NCBI GenBank assembly: GCA_047638395.1
Contig: JBLIMV010000020.1
Location: 39,101 to 103,100, forward strand
From: Paracoccaceae bacterium
GTDB taxonomy: Bacteria > Pseudomonadota > Alphaproteobacteria > MPNO01 > UBA830
Direction of reading: 5' to 3'
Length of the DNA: 64,000 bases
The translations under genes were made by a program, and so were the position numbers. Within the stretch, counting starts at the first letter, position 1. Each line of letters opens with the position of its first letter. Below are positions 8,557 to 16,785 of the stretch, piece after piece. The notes under the pieces were generated by a model. That model ran no database searches. It was given only the letters and a program-made list of their open reading frames with translations, and was not told where the DNA came from.

Positions 8557-9383
8557 AACGGGCGGTCGCCCTCGATCCCGACACGACGTAACAGGCGACG
8601 TTCGTCGGCCGGGAAAGCGGTGCGCGCGTGCTGGGTACAGCGATTGTCCCACATCACGAGATCGTCGACCTGCCAGACATGTTCATAAACGTGGCGCCTG
8701 TCTTCGGCATGACAGAACAATTGCTGCAGCAGATCATCGCTTTCGTGGGCCGGAAGTCCGACCAGTTCCTCGGTCATCAACCGGTTTACGTAAAGCGCCT
8801 TGCGCTTCGTTTCGGGATGCGTGCGTATCGCCGGGTGGACGGCATGCGGCGCGTCGGATCGGTCGAACCGGCCTGTCTTAACCTGGGTTTCGTAATCGAA
8901 AATATTTATGGCCTGCAGGCCGTCCAGCCGATTTTTCAGGTCGCCCGGCAGGGAATCGTATGCGTCGTACATGTTCGCAAACAGGGTGTTGCCGCCGGTT
9001 GATGGAATTTCCTCGGCGTAGAGCATCGCGCCCATCAGGGGCTTCTCGAGGAACACCGAGTCCGAATGGAACATCAGCTCGCCATCCGGCAGCAAGCCGA
9101 TAGGCTCCCCATTTTCACGCACATTGCTGATCAGCATCAGCCGCCGGTCGCCGCCGTCACCGCGCTGTTTCGAGCGGGCGCCGACGGTCGGCCCGAAATA
9201 CCCGGCAAGCCGGGCCTGATCGTCTTCGGAGATCTCGCCGCAGCGGAATACGAGAACCAGGTGCTCAAGCCAGGCGTCGCGGATCGCGGCGATTGTGTCG
9301 TCGTTCAGAGGCGATGTCAGGTCGAGATCGCGTATCTCCGCGCCCAGGGAAGCGGCGAGGGGGCGGATCGTCAGCCCTGACAT
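8553..9383 (-). CDS. TauD/TfdA-family Fe(II)/2-oxoglutarate-dependent dioxygenase
   Basis: HSDSVF (HxD) and a second His in the C-terminal RCTQHAR region, at TauD-like spacing. Start placed at the internal Met (MSGLTIRPLAAS) 50 codons into ORF 8553..9533. Confidence 0.8.
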   Translation of the reverse strand: MSGLTIRPLAASLGAEIRDLDLTSPLNDDTIAAIRDAWLEHLVLVFRCGEISEDDQARLAGYFGPTVGARSKQRGDGGDRRLMLISNVRENGEPIGLLPDGELMFHSDSVFLEKPLMGAMLYAEEIPSTGGNTLFANMYDAYDSLPGDLKNRLDGLQAINIFDYETQVKTGRFDRSDAPHAVHPAIRTHPETKRKALYVNRLMTEELVGLPAHESDDLLQQLFCHAEDRRHVYEHVWQVDDLVMWDNRCTQHARTAFPADERRLLRRVGIEGDRPF

Positions 9384-9387
9384 GGCG

Positions 9388-11550
9388 TTACGCCTCCATT
9401 GCCGCTGCGCGGATGGCATCCGGCGTGAATGGCATCCGCCGCAGGCGTAGCCCGGTGGCATTGTATATCGCGTTGGCGATCGCGGCCCCCGTTGGGCCCG
9501 ATACCGCTTCGCCTGCGCCCAGGAATGGCACACCGGGCCGCTCGATCAGGACTGTCTCAATGTCCGGCACGTTGTCGAAGCCAAGGATCGGGTAGGTTTC
9601 CCAGTCGCGGCTGGTGACGCCGTCGCGGTCCCAGGTGACCTGTTCGTTAATCGTCCAGCTCGCTGCCTGAAGGAACCCGCCATCGTATTGTGCGGTTATG
9701 CCGTCGCGGTCGACAATTTCACCGGCGTCACCCGCAAGCACGGCCCGGCGCAATTTGACCTCTGCGGCGTCGCTCACTTCCAGTTCGACGCCGACGGCAG
9801 CATAGGCCTTCAGATTTTTATACTGGGCAAAGGCGATGCCGCGGCCGATACCGTCATCGGCGCTGAAATCCATGCGCGCGGCGACGGCTTCGAGCACTTC
9901 GCGCCCACGCGTGTCTTCCAGATAGTTCAGCCGGAACGTGACCGGATCGATCCCCGCGGCCTCGGCCAGCTCATCCATGAAGGATTCAATGGCGAACACA
10001 TTGCCGAAGGCCCCCAGGGTCCGCAGGGCGGATGTCCGCAGCGGCAGGTCGCGCACCAGGTTTTTGACCAGGCGCTTGTTCGGGAACACATATAGCGGGT
10101 CGAGGTTGCGGTGGATGCCCATGTGGCGGACCATCGCCGGCTGGGGGATGAATTCCGGCGGCGGGTTTTCGCGGAATCGGCTCGACAGCAGGCGTGCGGC
10201 GCCGGCCATGTTCGGTCCCGACCGCGGGCGCATGTTGAACGTGTCGCCGTAACTTTCATGGTTCCAGTCGAGCACCTTGCCGTCTGCATCCAGGCTGGCC
10301 CGAAGCTGCATCGACGTCGCCGTCGCATAGGGCGACCAGGCGTGTTCTTCCTCCCGGGTCCATTTGAGCAGGACTGGTTTGCCCGGCAGGGCGCGGGCGA
10401 CGAGGGCGGCGTCGAACGCCGCGTCGTCTGCGCCGTTATGGCCATAACAACCGGCCCCCGGCACGTGTTCGATCCGCACAGTCCCGGGGTCGATATTGAA
10501 GGCTTCGGCGACCGCATCGCGCAGAAAATAGATACCCTGGCTATGCGACCATAACTGCAATCCGCCATCCTGCCAGATGGCACAGCCGGCGGACGGACCC
10601 ATTGAGGCGTGTGCGTGATAAGGCTTGTCGTAGCGGGCCTCCAGCGTGATGGCGGCGCCTTCCGGTGAATCGGCCAGGGGCGGGACCGGTTTATCCTGTG
10701 GCACGCCGTCATTCTCGACCGGGCGGCTCTCGCGGGGATTGGCGGTCAGACTTTCGAAAACATCGTTTTCCGACAGCGCGCCTGAGGTGTCCCAGTCGCA
10801 GGCAGCGAACAGCCGCTCGGCGGCGCGTATCACGGCGAATTCGTCGACGCCGGCGACGGCAACGAAGCTGCCGTCGCGGATGATGTCGATCCCGCTCTGG
10901 CGCAATCTGTCGGCGGCCTCGTCATTGATGCCGTTGAGGCGTGCGTTGTAATGCGGGGGGCGCACGACACGGGCATGGAGCATGCCCGGCATCTTCATAT
11001 CCTGGAGAAAACGGTAATTCCCGGTAACAATTTCCGCCAGGCCGAGCGGTGCAATGTTCTCGCCCACGATTGTATGGGTTTCCGGGTCTTTGACATCGAC
11101 ATCCGGGTCAACGTCGACACCAAAAGGCCTGTCGCCCTGTATCTCTTCATAGGTGACGCTGCGGTTTGTGTCGCGCGCCTGAATCAGGCCTTCATCGACG
11201 TCGAGTGTCTCGACATCCACGCCGAGCTGCTCGGCCGCCAGTGCCAGCATGTGCCGCCGCGCGGTTGCCGATGCCAGCCGCACAGCGCTGCCGGATTCCA
11301 TCATCGAATTGCTGCCCGATGTAATGCCTTCATCCGGGGATTCGCCGGTGACGGTGCGCACCATGTCGATGCGGTCCAGCGGCACGTCCAGTTCCTCGGC
11401 GGCGATCATAGCGAGCGCCGTCGAGATACGCTGCCCGATATCGACCTTGCCGCTGCGGATAGAGATGCGGCCATCGGCACCGATTGAGACCCATTCGTCG
11501 AGCCCGGGGTGATTGGCGAGGCTGGGACTGGAAAAGACCGATTTAGACAT
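9388..11550 (-). CDS. Molybdopterin-dependent hydroxylase large (MoCo-binding) subunit, IorB / aldehyde oxidoreductase beta-like
   Basis: 720-aa xanthine-dehydrogenase-family molybdopterin-binding protein. Start at MSKSVF lies 2 nt after the stop of the 2Fe-2S subunit (ATG-TC-TAA). No FAD subunit is present, giving a two-subunit IorAB-type architecture. Confidence 0.8.
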   Translation of the reverse strand: MSKSVFSSPSLANHPGLDEWVSIGADGRISIRSGKVDIGQRISTALAMIAAEELDVPLDRIDMVRTVTGESPDEGITSGSNSMMESGSAVRLASATARRHMLALAAEQLGVDVETLDVDEGLIQARDTNRSVTYEEIQGDRPFGVDVDPDVDVKDPETHTIVGENIAPLGLAEIVTGNYRFLQDMKMPGMLHARVVRPPHYNARLNGINDEAADRLRQSGIDIIRDGSFVAVAGVDEFAVIRAAERLFAACDWDTSGALSENDVFESLTANPRESRPVENDGVPQDKPVPPLADSPEGAAITLEARYDKPYHAHASMGPSAGCAIWQDGGLQLWSHSQGIYFLRDAVAEAFNIDPGTVRIEHVPGAGCYGHNGADDAAFDAALVARALPGKPVLLKWTREEEHAWSPYATATSMQLRASLDADGKVLDWNHESYGDTFNMRPRSGPNMAGAARLLSSRFRENPPPEFIPQPAMVRHMGIHRNLDPLYVFPNKRLVKNLVRDLPLRTSALRTLGAFGNVFAIESFMDELAEAAGIDPVTFRLNYLEDTRGREVLEAVAARMDFSADDGIGRGIAFAQYKNLKAYAAVGVELEVSDAAEVKLRRAVLAGDAGEIVDRDGITAQYDGGFLQAASWTINEQVTWDRDGVTSRDWETYPILGFDNVPDIETVLIERPGVPFLGAGEAVSGPTGAAIANAIYNATGLRLRRMPFTPDAIRAAAMEA

Positions 11551-12013
11551 TGCCGATCTCCTTCGCAGCACGCTCGATGGCGGCGATTACCCGGCCGTGC
11601 GAGCCGCACCGACAGAGGTGCTCTTCAAGTCCGGCAACGATTGCGTCGCGGTCCGGCGTTGTATTGGCTTTGAGCAATGAGGTTGCCGCGACGACGAGAC
11701 CGGCGGTGCAATATCCGCATTGGGCCGCTCCTTCGGCGATAAATGCCTTTTGTACGGCAGCGCCGACGACATCGTTTCCAAGGGCTTCGATTGTGACGAT
11801 GTCTTTGCCGGTAAATTCGCCCGCCGGGCGGTTGCAGCACAGGGTCGCTTCGCCGTCGACCAGCACCGCACAGGCGCCGCATTGTTCCAGCCCGCAACCG
11901 AGCTTGGCGCCCGTCAGGTCAAGATCGTTCCGCAATACGTAGAGGAGCGGCGTCGCGGGATCGCAATCGATGTCCCGGGTTTGGCCGTTAATCGTGAGAG
12001 TCAGAGAGTCCAT
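11543..12013 (-). CDS. (2Fe-2S)-binding small subunit of Mo hydroxylase (IorA-like)
   Basis: MDSLTLTINGQ... carries both cluster motifs, CGxGxCGAC (GCGLEQCGACAV) and CxxGxxxxC...CRC. Start placed at the internal Met 153 codons into ORF 11543..12472. The upstream part of that ORF is high-GC read-through. Confidence 0.85.
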   Translation of the reverse strand: MDSLTLTINGQTRDIDCDPATPLLYVLRNDLDLTGAKLGCGLEQCGACAVLVDGEATLCCNRPAGEFTGKDIVTIEALGNDVVGAAVQKAFIAEGAAQCGYCTAGLVVAATSLLKANTTPDRDAIVAGLEEHLCRCGSHGRVIAAIERAAKEIGNV

Positions 12014-12018
12014 TAATT

Positions 12019-12969
12019 TTAAGCACCGAATTGGGGAAAGAGTTTGAGCGCGTTGTCGCGTTCGATTCCCTGCAGCACGTCGGGGTCGAGTCCCATTTCC
12101 TGCAGGGCCTTGATCGAGCCTGTCATGGTCGGTTCCGGTGCGAACGGATAGTCGCTGCCGAACAGCACGTGGTCTGGTGTGACCAGCTCGAACAGGCTGC
12201 GGAAGGCAAGCCAGTTCGCCGACAGCGCTGTGTCGTAATACAGCCGCTCCAGTTCGGGGACGACGCCGTTCGGTACGTGTTCCTTGAAGCCCGGGCGGCC
12301 CTGGAGGCGGCCGATGCGCTCGGCAAGGAACGGAATTGCCCCGCCGGCGTGGCTGAAAATGAAATTGATGTCCTGGCAACGCGCGAACGTGCCGTTGAAC
12401 AGCAGGCTGACCACGGCGCGCGTCGTATCGAACGGGAAATCCAGCGTCGCCGCGGGAATTTCCGGCTGGCACTGGTTGCAGGGTGCATTGGTCGGGTGGA
12501 AATAGACGGTCGCTTTCCGCCGGTTCAGTTCATCGAAGACCGGTGCAAAGGCCGGGTCGCCGGGGTAGCGGTTACCGTATGATGTCAGCAGGCCGATGCC
12601 GTCGGCCTTCAGTTCGTCCAGCGCATAGGCGATTTCGGCGAGGCTGGCGTCAACATCGGGCAGCGGCAGCGAGGCAAACACGCCGAACCGGGTAGGGTGG
12701 TCCTTCGTGATCTCGGCGGCATATTCGTTGCAGTGCCTGCAGAGATCGATGGTTTCCTGGGTTTCGCCGAACCACAGACCGGGCGCGGAGATCGATGTCA
12801 GCGCGGTCTGGATACCGTTGCGGTCCATCGCCTCGATCGACATTTCAGGCGTCCATTCCGGCGTCTTGCCCGCCAGGATCAGCGGGCCGATCCGGTCATC
12901 GCCGACGATCTCGACATAGTTCGGCGGCAGGATGTGGTGATGAACGTCGATGCGGTGGCAATTTTCCAT
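12019..12969 (-). CDS. Amidohydrolase-2 family protein (decarboxylase/hydratase-like), paralog 2
   Basis: IDVHHHILP N-terminal metal motif with TIM-barrel length. Clear paralog of 29828..30781 (MAGRIDVHHHVLPEFY...). Confidence 0.8.
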   Translation of the reverse strand: MENCHRIDVHHHILPPNYVEIVGDDRIGPLILAGKTPEWTPEMSIEAMDRNGIQTALTSISAPGLWFGETQETIDLCRHCNEYAAEITKDHPTRFGVFASLPLPDVDASLAEIAYALDELKADGIGLLTSYGNRYPGDPAFAPVFDELNRRKATVYFHPTNAPCNQCQPEIPAATLDFPFDTTRAVVSLLFNGTFARCQDINFIFSHAGGAIPFLAERIGRLQGRPGFKEHVPNGVVPELERLYYDTALSANWLAFRSLFELVTPDHVLFGSDYPFAPEPTMTGSIKALQEMGLDPDVLQGIERDNALKLFPQFGA

Positions 12970-12980
12970 CCGAATGATCC

Positions 12981-14390
12981 TTAGGGTTTTGTATAGCCGT
13001 CGATAAAGTCGGCGAGATTGATGTCTTCATTCCCCGGAACGTAAATCTCGTCCGGGTAGTTGTCCTTGCGGGTCGCGTCGATGCCCATTTTGGTTACCAG
13101 GTGCGATCCGCCCGCCGGATCGTAGGACGCGGGATCGAGCGGTGAGCCTTTGGCGTATGGGATCATAAATGTGTCCCGGTCGGCGCGGACCCGCGTGGCG
13201 ATGGCATGCATCACCTCGGTATCGCTGGTGATGTCGACGTCATGATCGACCACCACCACGAATTTCAGGAACGGATCGGTGACGAAGGCGGCCATTGCGG
13301 CGGCTTTCGCCTCGCCTTCGATCTTGCGGTTGATCGCGATGTAGCACACGAAACGGAAACGGCCCGACCGCGGCATGTGGACGCCGGTGACTGTCCCGCA
13401 GGCGATTTTGACGGTCTCTTCTATGGCGGTCGACCGGATCACGCCTGAGAGCAGCAGGTTATCGGCATGGCCGACAAAGGCATTCTGGTAGAGCGGGTTT
13501 TTGCGGTGGGTAATCGCCAATATATCGAGTACCGGGTTCATGCGTTCGGGGCCGTAGGTGCCGGGGAATTCGCCGAATGGCGCTTCCGCGCGGCGTTCCT
13601 TCGGGCGGATCACACATTCGATGACCATTTCGGCGTCGGCCGGCACATTGAGCGGGATTGTCTTGCAGGGCACCAGCTGCACCGGGCGCTGCAGGATTCC
13701 CCCCGCAAGATGAAGCTCATTGGAATCGATCGGCGTGTAGCTCAGCGAGCCGAGGAAGAAGGCCGGGTGATGGCCGATGACGATGGCGATCGGGCAGGGC
13801 TCACCGCGTTCTTCATATTTCTTCCAGATCACGTTGCCGTCGGCAGTTTCCGACAGCTGCACGCCAAGCTCGTTCTTTGCGTGCACCTGGTGGCGGTAGA
13901 TGCCGATATTGTCGATGCCCGTATCCGGATCGCGCATCAGGGCGAGACCCGCCGTGATGAACTTACCGGCGTCGAGCTCGTGATAGGTGCAGATCGGGAA
14001 TTCCTCGATATCGATCTCATCCCCGGTTTTAACGATCTCGTGCACGGGACCGGTCTCGACCATGACCGGCTCAATCGGGTGGGATTCGCGCGCCGCGAAT
14101 TCGGTCAGAAAGGCTTTTTCGTCGCCTTCTTCCATGCCGATGCCATAGCGCAACCGGCTAAAGCTGCCATGCATATTGGCGACCAGCGGGTATTCCGAGC
14201 CTTTGACGTTCTCGAAGATGACGGCCTTGAAGTGGCCTTCTTTTTCCAGCCGGTGAAGAATACCGGAAACGCCGTATTTCGGATCGACTTCCTTGGTGAT
14301 GCGGATGATCTCTTCGGGGTGTTCTTTTTCGAGATACTCGATGAATCCGCGAAGATCCGATGTGTAGGGCTGGTTGGATAACCCGTCCAT
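12981..14390 (-). CDS. UbiD-family (prFMN-dependent) aromatic acid decarboxylase, paralog 1
   Basis: UbiD-like N-terminus DLRGFIEYLEKEHPEEIIRITKEVDP and overall length. Start set at the internal Met (MDGLSNQPY) preceded by SD aaagga, 26 codons into the track ORF. No UbiX (flavin prenyltransferase) is present in the window. Confidence 0.85.
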   Translation of the reverse strand: MDGLSNQPYTSDLRGFIEYLEKEHPEEIIRITKEVDPKYGVSGILHRLEKEGHFKAVIFENVKGSEYPLVANMHGSFSRLRYGIGMEEGDEKAFLTEFAARESHPIEPVMVETGPVHEIVKTGDEIDIEEFPICTYHELDAGKFITAGLALMRDPDTGIDNIGIYRHQVHAKNELGVQLSETADGNVIWKKYEERGEPCPIAIVIGHHPAFFLGSLSYTPIDSNELHLAGGILQRPVQLVPCKTIPLNVPADAEMVIECVIRPKERRAEAPFGEFPGTYGPERMNPVLDILAITHRKNPLYQNAFVGHADNLLLSGVIRSTAIEETVKIACGTVTGVHMPRSGRFRFVCYIAINRKIEGEAKAAAMAAFVTDPFLKFVVVVDHDVDITSDTEVMHAIATRVRADRDTFMIPYAKGSPLDPASYDPAGGSHLVTKMGIDATRKDNYPDEIYVPGNEDINLADFIDGYTKP

Positions 14391-14394
14391 GTTG

Positions 14395-14808
14395 TTATTC
14401 CTTTGATGTGTCTCTGGGCGGATCAATCGGCCCGCCGGCCTCGATCCAAGCATTGATGCCGCCTTCAAGATGCGCGACGGGGGTCAGACCCATGTCGTGG
14501 GCGGTTTTTGCTGCCAGCGCCGATCGCCACGCGCCTGCGCAGTAGAATATAAACTTTTTGTCTTCGGCAAAGAAATCGCGGTGATAGGACGTATCCGGGT
14601 CGATCCACATTTCCAGCATGCCGCGGGGCACGTGGCGTGCGCCCGATATACGGCCGGACTTGGCAACTTCGCGGATGTCGCGGATGTCGATAAACAGAAC
14701 GTCGTCGCGGCCGATCAGCGCGCGCGCGTCGGCAATGCTGATTTCTTCAACATGCTCATTGGCCTCGGCGACCATCTGTTTGACGGACCGCGTGATGTTG
14801 AGTGCCAT
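14395..14808 (-). CDS. Rhodanese-domain sulfurtransferase
   Basis: Active-site loop FYCAGAWRSA (Cys-X4-Arg) in a single rhodanese domain of 137 aa. Confidence 0.8.
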   Translation of the reverse strand: MALNITRSVKQMVAEANEHVEEISIADARALIGRDDVLFIDIRDIREVAKSGRISGARHVPRGMLEMWIDPDTSYHRDFFAEDKKFIFYCAGAWRSALAAKTAHDMGLTPVAHLEGGINAWIEAGGPIDPPRDTSKE

Positions 14809-14811
14809 AAT

Positions 14812-15822
14812 TCAGTGTCCCGTGCAGTTATCGTGATCATGTCCGTCCCCGTGGGGGCAGCGGTCAGGATATTCGGACCAGTACCATTTCGCCATCTCGG
14901 CGAAGACTTTCATGGCGCTGGGCGGGCGGTTATTGCCGTCAAATTCACGGTAGAGCGAATTCACGTTGATAAAGACGCGTTCGCGGTCGATCCAGTCATT
15001 GAAAAAATCGGCGATAATTTCTTCCGACGCCGCGACCCAGTCCAGACCGGCATCGTAGCGCTTGCGCGCTTCGTCGCGCAATTCGGTCAGGTAGCTCCGC
15101 AGCGCGCGGACTTCCTGCTTGGTGCTGATCGGGCCGTGTCCCGGCACGACAATATCGACGTCGAGCCCCAGGATATGATCGCAGGCGCCGATCCAGTTGC
15201 CGACCGGCCCGGCCCACATGACCGGGTGGCCACCGACAAAGACGATGTCGCCGGTATAGACGATGCGGTCGTCGGGGACGTGGACAATGACGTCGCCAAG
15301 GGTGTGTGCCGGGCCGACATTGGTCAGTTCGACCCGCTTATTGCCGACGTTCAGGGTCAGTTCGCGGTCGAATGTTTGGGTGGGCAGCGTATTCTTGATG
15401 CCGTCGAAATCGAATTTCCGCCCCATCAGTTCCCAGATGATGGCGCCGGCGTCGCCCATGTCCTGCCAAGCCTTCACCCGGCTGATAAAGGCTTCGGGCG
15501 GGCGAATCTCCATTTCGTCGGCACAGTCTTTGGATGCGACGATGACAGCACCTTCGACAAGCTGATTGCCATAAGTGTGATCGCCGTTCGCGTGGGTGTT
15601 CACGAGCGTGTCGATCGATGCTGCTCCTGGTGCTGCATCGCGCATCGCGGTCAGCATGTCGGCGGTCAGTGGCAGATCGAACAGGGTGTCGACCAGCAGC
15701 GATTCATCGCCATCGGTGATCAGCCCGGCATTGCTCCAGCCCCAGCCGCCATCGGGCAGCAAATAGGCAAATGCGCCATTTCCGATATCGTGCAGGCCTT
15801 TTGTGTATTGCCAGTTCGGCAT
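14812..15822 (-). CDS. MBL-fold metallo-hydrolase with C-terminal His/Cys-rich tail
   Basis: HANGDH (HxHxDH) zinc motif. The C-terminus CPHGDGHDHDNCTGH is metal-binding-like. A 3-nt gap to the rhodanese suggests an operon. Confidence 0.8.
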   Translation of the reverse strand: MPNWQYTKGLHDIGNGAFAYLLPDGGWGWSNAGLITDGDESLLVDTLFDLPLTADMLTAMRDAAPGAASIDTLVNTHANGDHTYGNQLVEGAVIVASKDCADEMEIRPPEAFISRVKAWQDMGDAGAIIWELMGRKFDFDGIKNTLPTQTFDRELTLNVGNKRVELTNVGPAHTLGDVIVHVPDDRIVYTGDIVFVGGHPVMWAGPVGNWIGACDHILGLDVDIVVPGHGPISTKQEVRALRSYLTELRDEARKRYDAGLDWVAASEEIIADFFNDWIDRERVFINVNSLYREFDGNNRPPSAMKVFAEMAKWYWSEYPDRCPHGDGHDHDNCTGH

Positions 15823-15863
15823 GGGTGCGTTGACCCTCCCTTCCCAAACCTTGTACCTGTTCC

Positions 15864-16784
15864 GTGTTGTTACGAAAAGCGGTGAGAGAAAATCGGGTCA
15901 TGACCATACGGTTCGACGATATCGGCAACCGGCTGAAAGCTTTCAGGCTGGCCTCCGGGCTGAGTGCGGATGAGATCGCCGGGCGTCTCGATATATCGCG
16001 CACGGCCCTGTACCGCTTCGAGAAGGGCGAGGTCGCGAAGATCGAAACGCTCGAGAAATTATCCGAGCTTCTGGATGTGTCGGTGCCCACACTTCTGGGT
16101 GTCGGCGTTGAATACATCTCGTCCGCCGTGGCGTTCTTCGAGCGGCTCCGCCAGATCGAGGAAAGCGCGGAGCATATCGTGGTCCTCGCCGGGCCGGTCT
16201 CCTATCTGCTGGCGTCCGATTCCTTTGGTGAGACACTGGAAGAAGTGTTGGCTGAAAGCATTCCCGAAGGTGCTGCCGATCACGACCGCGCGCAGGAAAT
16301 CGTCCGCGAACTGATTCCCATCCTGCGCCAGCGCAAGGAAACCTGGCGGGCGCGCAAGCCCGGTCTTCTGAACCTTATTTCCGGCGCTGAAATCGACCGG
16401 TTCCTGCGGAACGGCATGGTGGGGCGACTCGATCTGCCCGATGCCGTTCTGGCCGAGCGTCGCCGCCGGGCATTGCGCGAAGCGGAGCACCTGATCGCCT
16501 TGATGGAAGAGGAACCCATCGGTGTCCAGATCGGTATTGTGCCGGGAGCCCTGCCCCATAACAGCTTCCAGATATTCCGTCAGTCCGACCGCAAGGTGTT
16601 GACGCTCAGCCCTTTCCGGCTTGGCGAGCAGCCAAACGTCCATAGCGGCATTGCGATGATTACGTCGGCGCCGGAAGCGCTCGAGCTGCACGAACGCACC
16701 GTCGAAGACATGTGGCGCCGCGCGCATAAAGGTCAGGCGGCGGCAACCTACATGCGCAGTCTGATCAAGAACCTGCCGAGCTGA
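15864..16784 (+). CDS. XRE-family HTH transcriptional regulator with C-terminal sensor-like domain
   Basis: HTH_XRE core LKAFRLASGLSADEIAGRLDISRTALYRFEKG. An alternative start at Met13 (MTIRFDD, +36 nt) is possible. The stop lies 1 nt before the next gene. Confidence 0.7.
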   Translation: MLLRKAVRENRVMTIRFDDIGNRLKAFRLASGLSADEIAGRLDISRTALYRFEKGEVAKIETLEKLSELLDVSVPTLLGVGVEYISSAVAFFERLRQIEESAEHIVVLAGPVSYLLASDSFGETLEEVLAESIPEGAADHDRAQEIVRELIPILRQRKETWRARKPGLLNLISGAEIDRFLRNGMVGRLDLPDAVLAERRRRALREAEHLIALMEEEPIGVQIGIVPGALPHNSFQIFRQSDRKVLTLSPFRLGEQPNVHSGIAMITSAPEALELHERTVEDMWRRAHKGQAAATYMRSLIKNLPS

Positions 16785-16785
16785 C

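Noticed and set aside
9927-15885. Numerous 100-470-aa alternative-frame ORFs (e.g. 9927..10712 -, 10951..11487 +, 13467..14381 +, 14470..15885 +)
   Set aside because: All lie inside strongly supported Mo-hydroxylase, UbiD, rhodanese and MBL genes and lack starts with an SD. They are frame-shadow artefacts of about 65% GC.
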